Of a DNA stretch of 64,000 nucleotides, positions 1-13,107 are shown piece by piece; position 1 is the first letter of the stretch, and each line of letters opens with the position of its first letter. The notes beneath the pieces were generated by a model. It did no database searches. It was not told the DNA's origin and saw only the letters and a program-made list of their open reading frames with translations. The position numbers and the translations under genes are program-made. The DNA is from Auanema rhodensis (Eukaryota; Animalia; Nematoda): assembly GCA_964057225.1 (NCBI GenBank), contig OZ059897.1, forward strand, positions 5,332,001 to 5,396,000, written 5' to 3'.

Positions 1-805
1 ATTCTTTAGCGTTATGGGTACATGTGGTGTACAGCTATTTATCATATTTTTATGAACACAACTTTTGCCATGTGGTACATGTGTAGTGCACCTGTTTTAA
101 CGATCTTATCGAATTAACCTTCGATATGTGTTTCATTAAATTTAGTTTAAATATTTATTACTTCTTATCGAATTAACCTTCGATATGAGTTCCATTGATT
201 AACCCATAAGAGGTACGGTGAACATATTGATTACCTTTTAAATTTATTTAAATAATTAAAAACAATATATATGAGAAATAATTTATTCAGTTTTAAAGAT
301 ACAATTAAAAAATATATAAATATTAAAATACATTTAAAAAGAAATATTATTAAAAATATATTTAAAAAGAAACAATTAAATAATAATATTTACAAATACA
401 ATTTAAAATATATATAAATATTAAAAATACATTTAAAAAGAAACAATTAAATAATAATATTTCCAAATACAATTTAAAATATATATAAATATTAAAAATA
501 CATTTAAAAAGAAATAAGTTTAAAAATATTTACAAATACAATTAACAAATATATAAATAATAAAAATTCATTTAAAATAATACATTAAAAAATAATTTTT
601 AAAAAAAAATCATGCATTTTGATTCATGCGCAGGCTCGAGAGCCTGCCTCGGGAGGAAAAGTATATTTTTGACAGCTGACGCCGAAAATATGATTTTGAC
701 AGCTGACGCCCCCAAAAGTATGATTTTGACAGCTGACGCCCTCAAAAGTATGTTTTTAGCAACTGTTTGGGGGCGTGGTTAGTAAATTCGGCATGGCTCT
801 CTACT
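1..805. mobile_element. Maverick/Polinton terminal repeat, copy 1 (end of an element that extends left of the window)
   Basis: Direct repeat of ~4791-5925. Ends in ...GGCATGGCTCTCTACT at 805, which is 5'-AGTAGAGAG on the minus strand, the AG/AGT-type Polinton terminus. Contains 71-bp AT-rich subrepeats, three 27-30-bp GACAGCTGACGCC units and TATCGAA-N6-TTCGATA dyads. Abuts a pPolB gene. Confidence 0.8.
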
Positions 806-3800
806 TACGCTCCTCATACCAAATATTGAATGAAGCTAGGTCTTCTGCTTTCATTCTAGCAGTACAATAGTAATGCTTTGGTGGCAAGGATGGTAGCACT
901 TTGCCATAATTTATTGGGTGGTTAAAGAGGTATGGGAATTGTCCTTTACTCATATCAGGTACACCAAATGCCTTGGGTAACGCTGATAAGGGTAAAGGCA
1001 CTAGTAAATAACTATCTTTAAAACATAAATGGTTAATGTTTTGACCTCTTAATGGCTTGACAACCATGCTAATAATCTTGGTCCCATTTAAAATGGGGTC
1101 AGGATATATTCCACGGTTTATCAGCCTAGACACCAAGAAATGTATGTCAAAGCGCGACCCGTTGTGCGCAATCAAAATTGCATTATCATTCTCAGAAAAG
1201 TTGAGTAACCAATCAAGGAAACGATCTGTTACAGACCATTCACTATCACCTTGTTGGTACCCAAAATGGCCCTCCTTGGTTGTGCATTTCTCACAGGAAT
1301 TGGCATCTATACAACTTTCACAAAATTTGTTATACACAACCATATTGGGCCATTGTTCATCTGCATATTCATGAACATTTGTGCCGTTTTTTAACACAAC
1401 TGTTTCAAAGTCATAAAATATAATCTTAAACAAGTAAGCATTACACTTGTAAAGATGTTAAATACAAACCTTGAACTTTTCTTGCTTCTTTTTTAGCTGA
1501 GCCTTCTTCTTGTCGTTAGGTGGAACCCAACAACAAGAGTGCTCTTCAGGCTTTGTCTGACCGCACTTTTTGCAGAATTTTTCATTGCAATTGTGCGGTC
1601 TATCAGCACGGACCATGTGATAGTGATCACACGCCACACATGTCTGAATTTAAGCTTGTTATGTACAACTTTAAATTTTCACAAAATACCTTGAATTTTT
1701 GGCAGGCTTTTCGCAAATGCCTATCGAAGCATTGTTGAGTTTTAAACAAAACTCTACAACTATCACACCTCACGCTACTCTCAACCACATTCCCCATCGC
1801 ATTACAATTATAGGTGTGGCATTTTTTACATTTGGCTTTACATCTATGCAACACTGTATTGTAAGATAACTTACAGTGTTGACATATAATACCATCAAAA
1901 ATTTTCGAACGACTACCAGCTGTAATACAATCATAGTGATTATTTCGGTAACCTAGTGTTACCAATTTGCTAGCCGCTTCATTAAATATTTTCTGGATAG
2001 TGTACATACGCTGTCCAGGCGGTCTAGCATATACTACAAACTTATAGTTTGTATTACAGCTGGCAATAATGTTTAAATGAATTAAATTATAATTTGGTAA
2101 ATCTACAGAAATACCACACCTATTTAATAAATTGATATGGTGTGGCTGATTTGGCAATAAGATGTAATTGCGACGAAGGTTTTGCAGCCTTCGCTTCTCA
2201 TCGCCATCTTCAGTGGCCAGCTCGTCAGCTTTCCACATTCCCACAACTGCTGATCTAGCCAGACAATGTGAGTCAGTGTTGGCAATGGTTCCAGGTATTT
2301 TGAGTTCGGGGTCAAAATAAAACCCGACTCTACCTTCACCAGGCATCAGGCTTGGCTGCGCTGGCCTTTCATCAAACACATACATCTCAATATTCATTGC
2401 CTGGCTGATCACAGCCTCTCGTTTTGATTGCTGCACCTTGCTGATGGCATTCATAATGGCTACGCCATCCAGATGCTCCCTTCTACGAAAGTCCATAAAT
2501 ATGGAGCCCTTTTCAAAGGAAGGGTGCTCAATTGATAAACAAAATAAGGCTTTTTGCTTATCAGGCACACCGCTTTCAGCAAGACAACGATCAAGGAATT
2601 CGTTGAATAACCGCGGCATGATAACATGCATTGGTTCATCAACATTTTCCAAGTGTGGGAACGTGAGCGATCGAACGACCACGTTGGTAAAACGACCGGT
2701 GCGTTTTATGCGCCGGTGTGACCACTATAATAAACAACATTTATAACAGTTTACATGCTTTTTTTATTTTTATTTTTAAAAGTTTAAATAAAAATAGTTT
2801 TAAGAATATATATGAATTGTTTCATCTTTTGCTTAAAATTATTATGTCTCTTTGTTTGTTATAGTCGTTATTTTTTTTTTATTTAATTGAAATGTTTTCA
2901 AATATATGTTTAGTTTGTTTCAAAACGATTAGAAAAATACAAAATATTTAAATGTTTCAGTTTTTGAGCATCATTTTTTTTTTAATGTTTAAAAATTTAA
3001 TAAATAAAAATTAAATAATAGTAGAATTATAAAATTGTTTAAAATATATATAAATAAAAGAGATGAAGTGAAATGGTTTAGAAAATACAAAATATTTAAA
3101 TGTTTCAGTTTTTGAGCATCACAATATTGAAATTTAAATGTTTTTTAGTGATTAAAAATTTAATAAACGAAATTATGAAAAAGTGATAGAAATTTAAATT
3201 TGTTCAAGATATGTGATTAAATAAAAGAGATGAAGTGAAATGGCTTAGAAAATATAAATCAATTTCATGTTTCAGTTTTTGAGCATCACAATATTGAAAT
3301 TTAAATGTTTTTTTAATGATTAAAAATTTAAAAAATGAAATTATGAAATAGTGGTAGAAATATAAAATTGTTTAAAATAGATGGAGTGAAATGGTTTAGA
3401 AAAAAAACAAAATATTTAAATGTTTCTGTTTTTGCGCATCAAAATATTTAAATTTAAGTGTAATTTAATGATTAAAAAGTTTAATAAATAAAAATTATAA
3501 AGTAGTGGTAAAAATTTAAAATTGTTTAAAATATGAAATTAAATAAAAGAGATGGAGTGAAATGATTTGAAAAATACAAAATATTTAAATGTGTCAGTTT
3601 TTGAGCATCAAAATATTTAAATTTAAGTGTATTTTAATGAATAAAAATTTAATAAATGATATTATGGCATGGATTTGGGATAAGATTTTATTTTATTTTT
3701 CAAAAAGCCACCAAATGTATGATGATTTGTTTAAAAATAGATGGCAGAATTCAAAATTGCTCAAGATATGTAATCAAATAAAAGATATAGAGTGAAAAGA

Positions 3801-4258
3801 ATTGTAACATGAAAAAAAAAAAGGTTAAAAGCTCGTACCTTTATTTGACAAACATCGTTGAAGGATGAACCGCCTCCTAATTGTTCTCCACTAGTTGATG
3901 GCATCTCGGGATTCCATTCTCTGGAAAAAATAAATTTCATGCTTTTTCATTATATGATAGCTTACTCATTATCGCTGTCATCCAAGGTGATAACTTCAAT
4001 AACCCTTGATGACGAGGGACCACTATTGGAAGTGGTTATTGCGGGGTCACACAGCTCAACACCACCACTCTCGGTAAGTTTTATGCGCTTACTAAAAAAA
4101 AAACAAAGATGTATATTTTAAAAATATTGTTAAATTACCTGAGTTGATAAATTTCCTCATAATCGAACCCCAACTCTTCACATACACGCTTATAACTGAA
4201 AATAAATATTTTAATTAAAAAAAAAAGATAGGAAAAAACACAACCTGTTAGCAGCCAT
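801..4258 (-). CDS. Maverick/Polinton protein-primed family B DNA polymerase, spliced, C-terminally truncated (lacks ExoIII and the polymerase domain)
   Basis: Exons 4258-4245, 4195-4139, 4091-3966, 3920-3839, 2724-1690, 1643-1470 and 1424-801 join in frame through GT-AG introns (703 aa). Motifs: EQLGGG, NTDSHCLARS...RNNHYDCI, a CxxC/His cluster, ExoI FYDFET, ExoII AHNGSRFD, FKDSYLLVPLPLSALPKAFG, KGQFPYLFN. The stop TAG (801-803) lies inside the copy-1 terminus. Confidence 0.88.
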
Positions 4259-5925
4259 TGTATCTTGTTAGAATAAAATTATGCAAACTCTGAGAGGTAG
4301 TTATCCATATTTCATTTTACACATTTATATTACACTTCATTGCAAGAACAGTCAGTTGTTTTATTGTCACGTAACAATGTTGCCAACACTCAACATTGTA
4401 TCATATTACAGCTGTCAACAGTGGCAGTTGCCAATCCGCTGTTAATAAATACGCATGTATTGTTGTGGTCAGCGCAACTGTTTCAACAATCTTATCGAAT
4501 TAATCATCGATATGTGTTCTTTGAGTTAGGGTATTAGAATATTAGTAATATACACACTAAAACTTTTTCTATATACTCTTCTTTCCAAGTAATTTGAGAA
4601 TATTAGAAATCTTGATGCATATGCTATACAGCTATTTGTTATACTTTAATGAACAAGTGCTTTGCCATTTGGTTCATTGTAGGTCAACGTATCTGTTTCA
4701 CCAATCTTATCGAATTGATATTCGATATGTGTTCCATTAACATTTTTGATACTAAAAACTATATACCCATGACCCCTTGGCATAGTAAGTATTCTTTAGC
4801 GTTATGGGTACTTGTGCTGTACAGCTATTTATCATATTTTTATGAACAAAACTTTTGCCATGTGGTACATGTGTGGGGCAGCGCACCTGTTTTAACGATC
4901 TTATCGAATTAATCTTCGATATGTGTTCCATTGGAAACAACACAATTGTTTGTGAATCCTATCGAATTAACCTTCGATATGTGTTTTATTGAGTTAGTAT
5001 ATTAGAATATACTAATATAAAATTTAAAAAAAAAAGGTTCTTTAAACTATTCTTTCATGTAATTTGAAAATATTAGACAACTTGGTACATGTGGTGTACA
5101 GCTATTTATCATATTTTTATGAACAAAACGTTTGCCATGTGGTTCTTGTGTGGGTCAGTGCACCTGTTTTAACGATCTTATCGAATTAACCTTCGATATG
5201 TGTTCCATTAACTTTTGTATTTCATATCGTTCTTATCGAATTAACTTTCGATATGTGTTCCATTAACTTTTGTATTTCATATCGTTCTTATCGAATTAAC
5301 CTTCGATATGAGTTCCATTGATTAACCCATAAGAGGTACGGTGAACATATTGATTACCTTTTAAATTTATTTAAATAAATAAAAAAACAATATATATGAG
5401 AAATAATTTATTCAGAAAAGTTTTAAAGATACAATTAAAAAATATATAAATATTAAATACATTTAAAAAGAAATATTATTAAAAACACATTTAAAAAGAA
5501 ACAATTAAATAATAATATTTACAAATACAATTTGAAATATATATAAATATTAAAAATACATTTAAAAAGAAACAATTAAATAATAATATTTACAAATACA
5601 ATTTGAAATATATATAAATATTAAAAACACATTTAAAAAGAAACAATTAAATAATAATATTTACAAATACAATTTGAAATATATATAAATATTAAAAATA
5701 CATTTAAAAAGAAATAATTTTAAAAATATTTAGAAAATATATAAATTTTTAAAATATCATGCATTTTGATCCATGCGCAGGCTCGAGAGCCTGCCTCTTG
5801 ATGAAAAGTATATTTTTGACAGCTGACGCCCCCAAAAGTATGATTTTGACAGCTGACGCCCTCAAAAGTATGTTTTTAGCAACTGTTTGGGGGCGTGGTT
5901 AGTAAATTCGGCATGGCTCTCTACT
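806..5925. mobile_element. Right arm of a second Maverick/Polinton copy: 5' part of pPolB plus ~1.4 kb terminal repeat (copy 2)
   Basis: The pPolB gene reads inward from a repeat-rich region (~4480-5925) that ends in the same terminus GGCATGGCTCTCTACT at 5925. Confidence 0.78.
2930..3800. repeat. Degenerate tandem repeat (~150-170-bp unit, ~5 copies) filling pPolB intron 4
   Basis: AGATG(A/G)AGTGAAATG at ~3061, 3228, 3379 and 3550. TTTTTG(A/C)GCATC at ~2961, 3109, 3276, 3429 and 3598. Confidence 0.8.
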
Positions 5926-6364
5926 ATGGTTACCACGCCCCCAAACAGTTGCTAAAAACATATTTTTGAGGGCGTCAGCTGCTAAAATCATACTTTTGGG
6001 GGCGTCAGCTGTCAAAATCATATTTTCGGCGTCAGCTATCAAAAATATACTTTTCCTCCCGAGGCAGGCTCTCGAGCCTGCGCATGGATCAAAATGCATG
6101 ATTTTTTTTTTTTTTAAATCTTTTTTTAAATTATTTTTTTTAAATGAATTTTTATTATTTATATATTTGTTAATTGTACTTTTTAAATATTATTAAAATT
6201 ATTTCTTTTTTAATTGTATCTTTTAAATATTATTAAAATTATTTCTTTTTAAATGTATTTTTTTTATTTATTTAAATATTTTTAAAAGGTAATCAATGTG
6301 TTCACCGTACCTCTTATGGGTTATTCAATGGAACTCATATCGAAGGTTAATTCGATAAGAAGTA
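5926..6364. repeat. Inverted, partial third copy of the terminal repeat, head-to-head with copy 2
   Basis: From 5932 (ACCACGCCCCCAAACAGTTGCTAAAAAC...) the sequence is the reverse complement of the terminal repeat minus its outermost ~25 nt. Homology ends near TTCGATAAGAAGTA at 6364. Confidence 0.85.
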
Positions 6365-6371
6365 GAAGTTA

Positions 6372-6912
6372 ATTTTTTCGTTGAAAAACATTGTCCATCG
6401 TCTTCGTCTTGAAAAAAGGAATCTAAAAACATCTACTTTTTGTGAAATTATTTAGAAATTTTTCGGGAAAATTTTTGTCAAAATGTTTTTGGAAGCAATG
6501 TTGGGTGTACATGGGAACTCAACATACACTAATGCATTATTTTTCAAACGATCATAACTAATTTTTGTATAGAGCGTTTATCAATGTAGTATAGTGCATT
6601 CGATGCGGATTTTTAAGCTGCGTTGATCTGTGTTATCAGATTTGAGTTAGCTTAAAAATGCACCGAGATATCAACTGATATAGGTTCACACTTATATCCT
6701 CGATTTTCACCCTGAAGAAATGATTTTTTCGTTGAAAAACATTGTCCATCGTCTTCGCCTTGAAAAAAGGAATCCAAAAACATCTACTTTTTGTGAAATT
6801 ATTTAGCAATTTTTCGGGAAAATTTTTGTCAAAATGTTTTTGGAATCAATGTTGAGTGTACATGGAAACTCAACATACACTAATGCATTATTTTTCAAAC
6901 GATCATAACTAA
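6372..6912. repeat. 351-bp-period tandem duplication (~1.5 copies)
   Basis: ATTTTTTCGTTGAAAAACATTGTCCATCGTCTTCG at 6372 and 6723. Near-identical through CGATCATAACTAA. Confidence 0.85.
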
Positions 6913-7365
6913 ATTTTCTGTTAACCTTATCTGTTATCCATCACTTTTCAAATGGTTATACTCATAAATATAGAATAAAATTTGAAGCATGTTTTAAGTG
7001 GCTGAAACGTTTCTTCAAGCTTATCGTGAATTGTCTTTCAAATAGTTGCACCGCGGGTCTTTGTTGCTCAATTGTGAAATTAATGCAAAGCTAAATTTGC
7101 AAAGTCGTTAAAGGTGCGGGTTAAGTCAGGATAGTGTTCATAATAATTTTTTTTCAATTTTTTCGAAGGCTTAGCCTGAACAGAAGTAAAATGCAGGATA
7201 TGAACATGTATGACTTCGAATGTGTAGTATTATCTAATTACATACAATTTATAAAATATTTATTACTATAATCATTTTTCGAAACTATAATTTAACTGTA
7301 ATTTACATCTCACTCGTGTTGTCAGCATGTTGAAGAGCCTATAATATAAATATAAGTAAATACTG

Positions 7366-8898
<1,533 letters not shown>

Positions 8899-9290
8899 TG
8901 TTTTGCAAAGGAATAACTGTTGCTCCTTATCAGTTAATTGACTTTTATTTCCAATCTTATTTGCTATTTGATACTCTAAAGTCACAATCATGAAATTGAT
9001 TAGGGTGATAACGTCTTCATAGTAAAATGTCTTCAGCAAATTATCGATTTCCAAATTTAGATTTTGCTCGTGTTCGAAATATAATGCACGTATTAAATTT
9101 ATAATTTGATAAGCTTAATTGATATAGCAAATAATATAAACAAAAGAGCACAAAAAATAACTGGAAAATCAAGGATTATGTTCATCTCTACGCACAACAA
9201 TAAAACAACTGACGATCAATAAAGCGTTAAGGCGTTGATGCCTATTCAACTCGCTACTAATGCATATCTTGCTGAACATTGATAGTTACT

Positions 9291-9293
<3 letters not shown>

Positions 9294-9327
<34 letters not shown>
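9294..9327. repeat. (TA)n microsatellite
   Basis: Uninterrupted TA run between spds-1 and the R3H gene. Confidence 0.9.
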
Positions 9328-9328
<1 letters not shown>

Positions 9329-9567
9329 TTTAAATGGTTTTTTCTGTTGATTTGTTTATTGTGTACGTTATGAAATAGTTACGCCACGAAACGTACTATG
9401 ACACAATTTTATTCAATCGATTGCACATGAAGAAAGCAGAATCGGCTTTTTCAAAATTATTGCTTTCAATTCTTCTTTTATGATTTTTCTGTGTTGTGTT
9501 TTAAGTTCATTAATGTGATGAATCATGAGGTGTCGTTTATTTTCTTAGCGATTGTAAATTATTACAT

Positions 9568-10910
9568 ATGGGATTGGGAAGAGAAATTGAAGAAACGCGC
9601 CCTCTTAGGGTAGAGAATTTACCCGAGCAAAATGAGTTAATTATTTTTGCATTAATATATATTTTCCATTTTGTTCAGGGATTCAGTTGAGAGCGATGCT
9701 TCAGATTTTCAGACTACTAATTTGACTGATACCCTGCAATCACAAGCTGAAAAAAACAAGTTGAAGAGAGAGGAAAGACGGTTTGCCTACTTCGTAGTGA
9801 ATATAACCTTGCTTTATTAATTTCAGAGTAAGGCGGCTATTAGAGGATTTTTCCTTAGACGGTATTCGTCCGAAAAGAAATGCAGGATATCGTAAAACAA
9901 GACGGTATTTTCATAGTTAGTATTAGGATTATTATTTTTTCCTTATTGTGTCTCACTTCAGCCACTGAACTTATTGATTCCGTAGACAAAGATGATATTT
10001 GTCTGGACTTTTCTGATATGGTTCCTCACTCAGCTTCTCCATTTGGGAAATTACTAACGGATAAAGAAAGCATGAAGGTTATTCTGATTTTATATTTATA
10101 TATATATATATATGAAAAATTTATTATAGATTTGGATTGAGTTTGTAGAACGAGATGAGAAAGAACAAAGACTATTGTTGTTGAAAAAAACAAAAAACGA
10201 GATCACACCAGTGCATTCAAATTCAAAAGATTTTGTTGCTATTTCTGCCAAGGATCTTCAAACGGATCTTCGTCAACGTATCTTTTAATTGTTTTATAAG
10301 TTCAGTATATAATTTTGTTTGTAGTTCACCCTGCGTCATATTCGTTGTTGAAACCTAAGGATTGCTATGATCGCATTGACAGTAACAGTAAAAAGCTCTT
10401 GTTCAATCGAATGTATTATTGGGTTAGTTACTTTTATTTCTGACTAGCTAATATGGAAGTGACAAGCTTCGTTGGGAGTTATTCTGATTTAAATAAGCAA
10501 TTAACATAGAAATGAGCTACACAATAAATGGTTTTCTGCAAAAACTAAACTAAAAAAATATGAAGTTTTGTATTTTACAAGCATATCATAAAGAATCATT
10601 TTACAGAAGTTCATAGATCAATTGGAAGGAGAGTTACGCTGCTTTTTTGTTTCTGATCCTGCTGGAACATTTGTTTCAATATTTGAATCAAGAATTCAAA
10701 GATCTTTATGTCACGCTGTAGCCCAATACCTAAATCTTTCCTCGAAAAGTAATTGACATTTCAGTTTCTTCATTCTCTTGATATATTATAGGTTGTACTG
10801 AACCCGAAAGTGGCCAACGCATTACAGAGTTCACAAATGTTCAGTCTGAGCTTATTTATCCTACCATGAAACTAGTGCCATACATGCAAAAAATGCGAGC
10901 ACGACGATAA
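9568..10910 (+). CDS. R3H domain-containing protein 4 (R3HDM4)-like
   Basis: Spliced exons give RNAGYRKTRR, IWIEFVERDEKEQ, CYDRID and the R3H motif QRSLCHAVAQYLNLSSKS, ending ...QKMRARR* at 10910. The start codon and one internal junction are uncertain. Confidence 0.8.
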
Positions 10911-11104
10911 TATTATGTTACAGTAATTACTATTTTAAGCTACTAAAACACTTTTATTTATTCAAAGGCTTACTAAGTTGGTTTTTCTCTTATCTTAGAT
11001 TGGTGTGTGAGATGAATATAATACTTTATTCTTCTTATTTTTTATATACAGACAATTTTCAAAAAAATGTTGATTGTGCTCTGTATGAGCGGAGTTCGAC
11101 CTTA

Positions 11105-13107
11105 TTAATTATCGAATTTTGTTTTGATTTTATGAAGTACATTCACAAGCATGTCTATTGTTGAAGGTTCCTTTTCTACTGGCACATCTCTCATAGTCGG
11201 AAGTTTCTGTAAGAGGACGCCCCATTTGTTATTGTGTTTTTTGAGAAACAAAACATACCTTATGACTACGATATTTAGCTTGAAGACAGCAGATGTTCTG
11301 GGCACATTGATCGTATTGGGGAAGGCAAGAACACGTATTGGCAGACTAAAATAAGGACATGTGCTTCATCTCGGCCCTTTGTTATCTATCTCTACCTGTA
11401 GTCCCACATACATGATACATGTTGTTGTTAAAGGATAAGTTTGGTCTCCACTTGCTGTAATATGGTTCAACTAGATTTTTTTTTTAAATTTTGAAACTCA
11501 CGCTGACTTAATGATTCGTGGGAGGTAGTTTCAACGGGAGACATCGTCACAATTGGAGACTGAGTAGTGTAAACCTGCTCTACAATAGGAGCGTTAGTGA
11601 TTTCTGATGACCCCTGAAAACAATGAAAGTTAAAGTTGAAAACTAGAATTTGCTTTTTGAAGATGAAGTTGGTATACAGATTAGTGATAGGATAAGTTTG
11701 TTAGTTAGTTCGTTAAACCGCTTAAGCGAGCATGCTAATTTAAATTGCACTTGGTACAAAAGTTAAGCATATATGTTTATGGAAACTGTATATAGCATCT
11801 GTATACCTTTTGTCCGTATGCATCTTGGGGACAGGCACAGATTCCAGAGGGGGATGTGCAAAGCATGGTAAAACAGTTGCAAAAACAGCCACATGATGAT
11901 TGAATACTAAGTGTTGTTTGATTTATACAGAAACAAGCGGGTTCTGTACTATTTATGGTGCCAATTGGTTGGTATACAGCATGATCACCAAATGGTGCTA
12001 AATTTTCTAAATTAGGTTGGACAGTGCTACTGGGAGAACGAGTGGACGAAGGTGTGATTGTAGCTGTAGTAGTCAAAGAGTAAGTAGGTTCTACGGTATG
12101 AGTATTGGTACTTGGTTCCTTAAGTGCAATGTTGTGTGTGGTTAATTAAAAAATTTAAGTTTGAACCGAATCCTCATTAAATTAATGATTTTAAAATCTT
12201 AACTTACTGGAGTATTCTGACAATTACACTGGTAATGTGCTGATGCTGGTCCGGAAATTCGAATCATGATGCACTGGCACTGACCTTGTCCCTAAAAAAT
12301 ATTACATTTACGGTGTATGAAAATTATCTTAACTTGAGTGGTAGTGTGAATTGGCTCAGCAGCGTGGGTAGTTGTAGTTGGAGTTGTTGTGGTCGTTGCA
12401 GTCGTGGTGGTAGGCGGTATTATTGTAGTCGATAAAGGAGCTGTAGTTGTTGGGAGCTGCAAAATGGTCGAACTTTTATTAATAATTTTTAAAAGTTTTG
12501 TTTGAGGCTAGGAAGAAAAACGCACTGGGTTTCCGTTTACGTCTCCACATTGACATTGATATTGTGGGTTACCATGAAAGACAATTTGAATACAAGCACA
12601 TCTAAGATAAAGAATATCATTAATTGATACATTAAAATCTCGAATTATTATCAGAAATTGATTCAATTGCTGGGAGATAACAATAAAATACAACGTTATG
12701 ATCTATATTTTAGTTACAATAGTCATATATTTTTACCCTCAAAAAACAAGTGATATTAACCTAGCTTGAGTGTTGGTAGATTGAGTTTGAATATTTTGGA
12801 GTTCATGAGCAAGTTCAGCTTGTTGTTGAGATTCTGCGGTCAACAAAGTTTCACCACTACCCTGAAAACCAACGTTGAAGCATGCCAAAAATGAAAAATA
12901 TACAGTTGATGGTTTAATGCAACTACATGTCATCCCACCGGATGGATTATGAACACAACGACATTGTTGACGTTTGGCTCGAACAGTTAGAGGCTGCTCA
13001 GCGAAAGTCTTAAATAGTATTTTACTTCAATAAGGAAATACCCAAAATCATACCTGAATAGTAAGTGAGAAAATACAAACGACGAAGAAAGCTGTTTGAA
13101 CTTTCAT
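11105..13107 (-). CDS. Secreted cysteine-rich, threonine-rich (mucin-like) protein
   Basis: Signal peptide MKVQTAFFVVCIFSLTIQ|TFA and furin-type site RAKR. Repeated CxC...CxC modules (QCRC..TCSC, CACI..QCQC, QCQC..QCNC) are separated by Thr/Pro tracts. C-terminus CSCLPQYDQCAQNICCLQAKYRSHK|KLPT...KTKFDN*. Confidence 0.8.

Noticed and set aside
1057-2746. Plus-strand ORFs over pPolB
   Set aside because: Antisense shadows of the polymerase exons with no recognisable motifs.
4480-5320. Iterated palindromic repeats that superficially resemble a CRISPR array
   Set aside because: Eukaryotic context, irregular spacing, spacers that are themselves repeats, and no cas genes.
5899-6196. ORFs with repeated ILTADA / ASA units
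   Set aside because: They are translations of the 30-bp subrepeats of the inverted terminal repeat.
8899-9054. In-frame N-terminal extension or uORF of spds-1
   Set aside because: Homology starts at MNKL (8898). A short spliced uORF is conceivable but unsupported.
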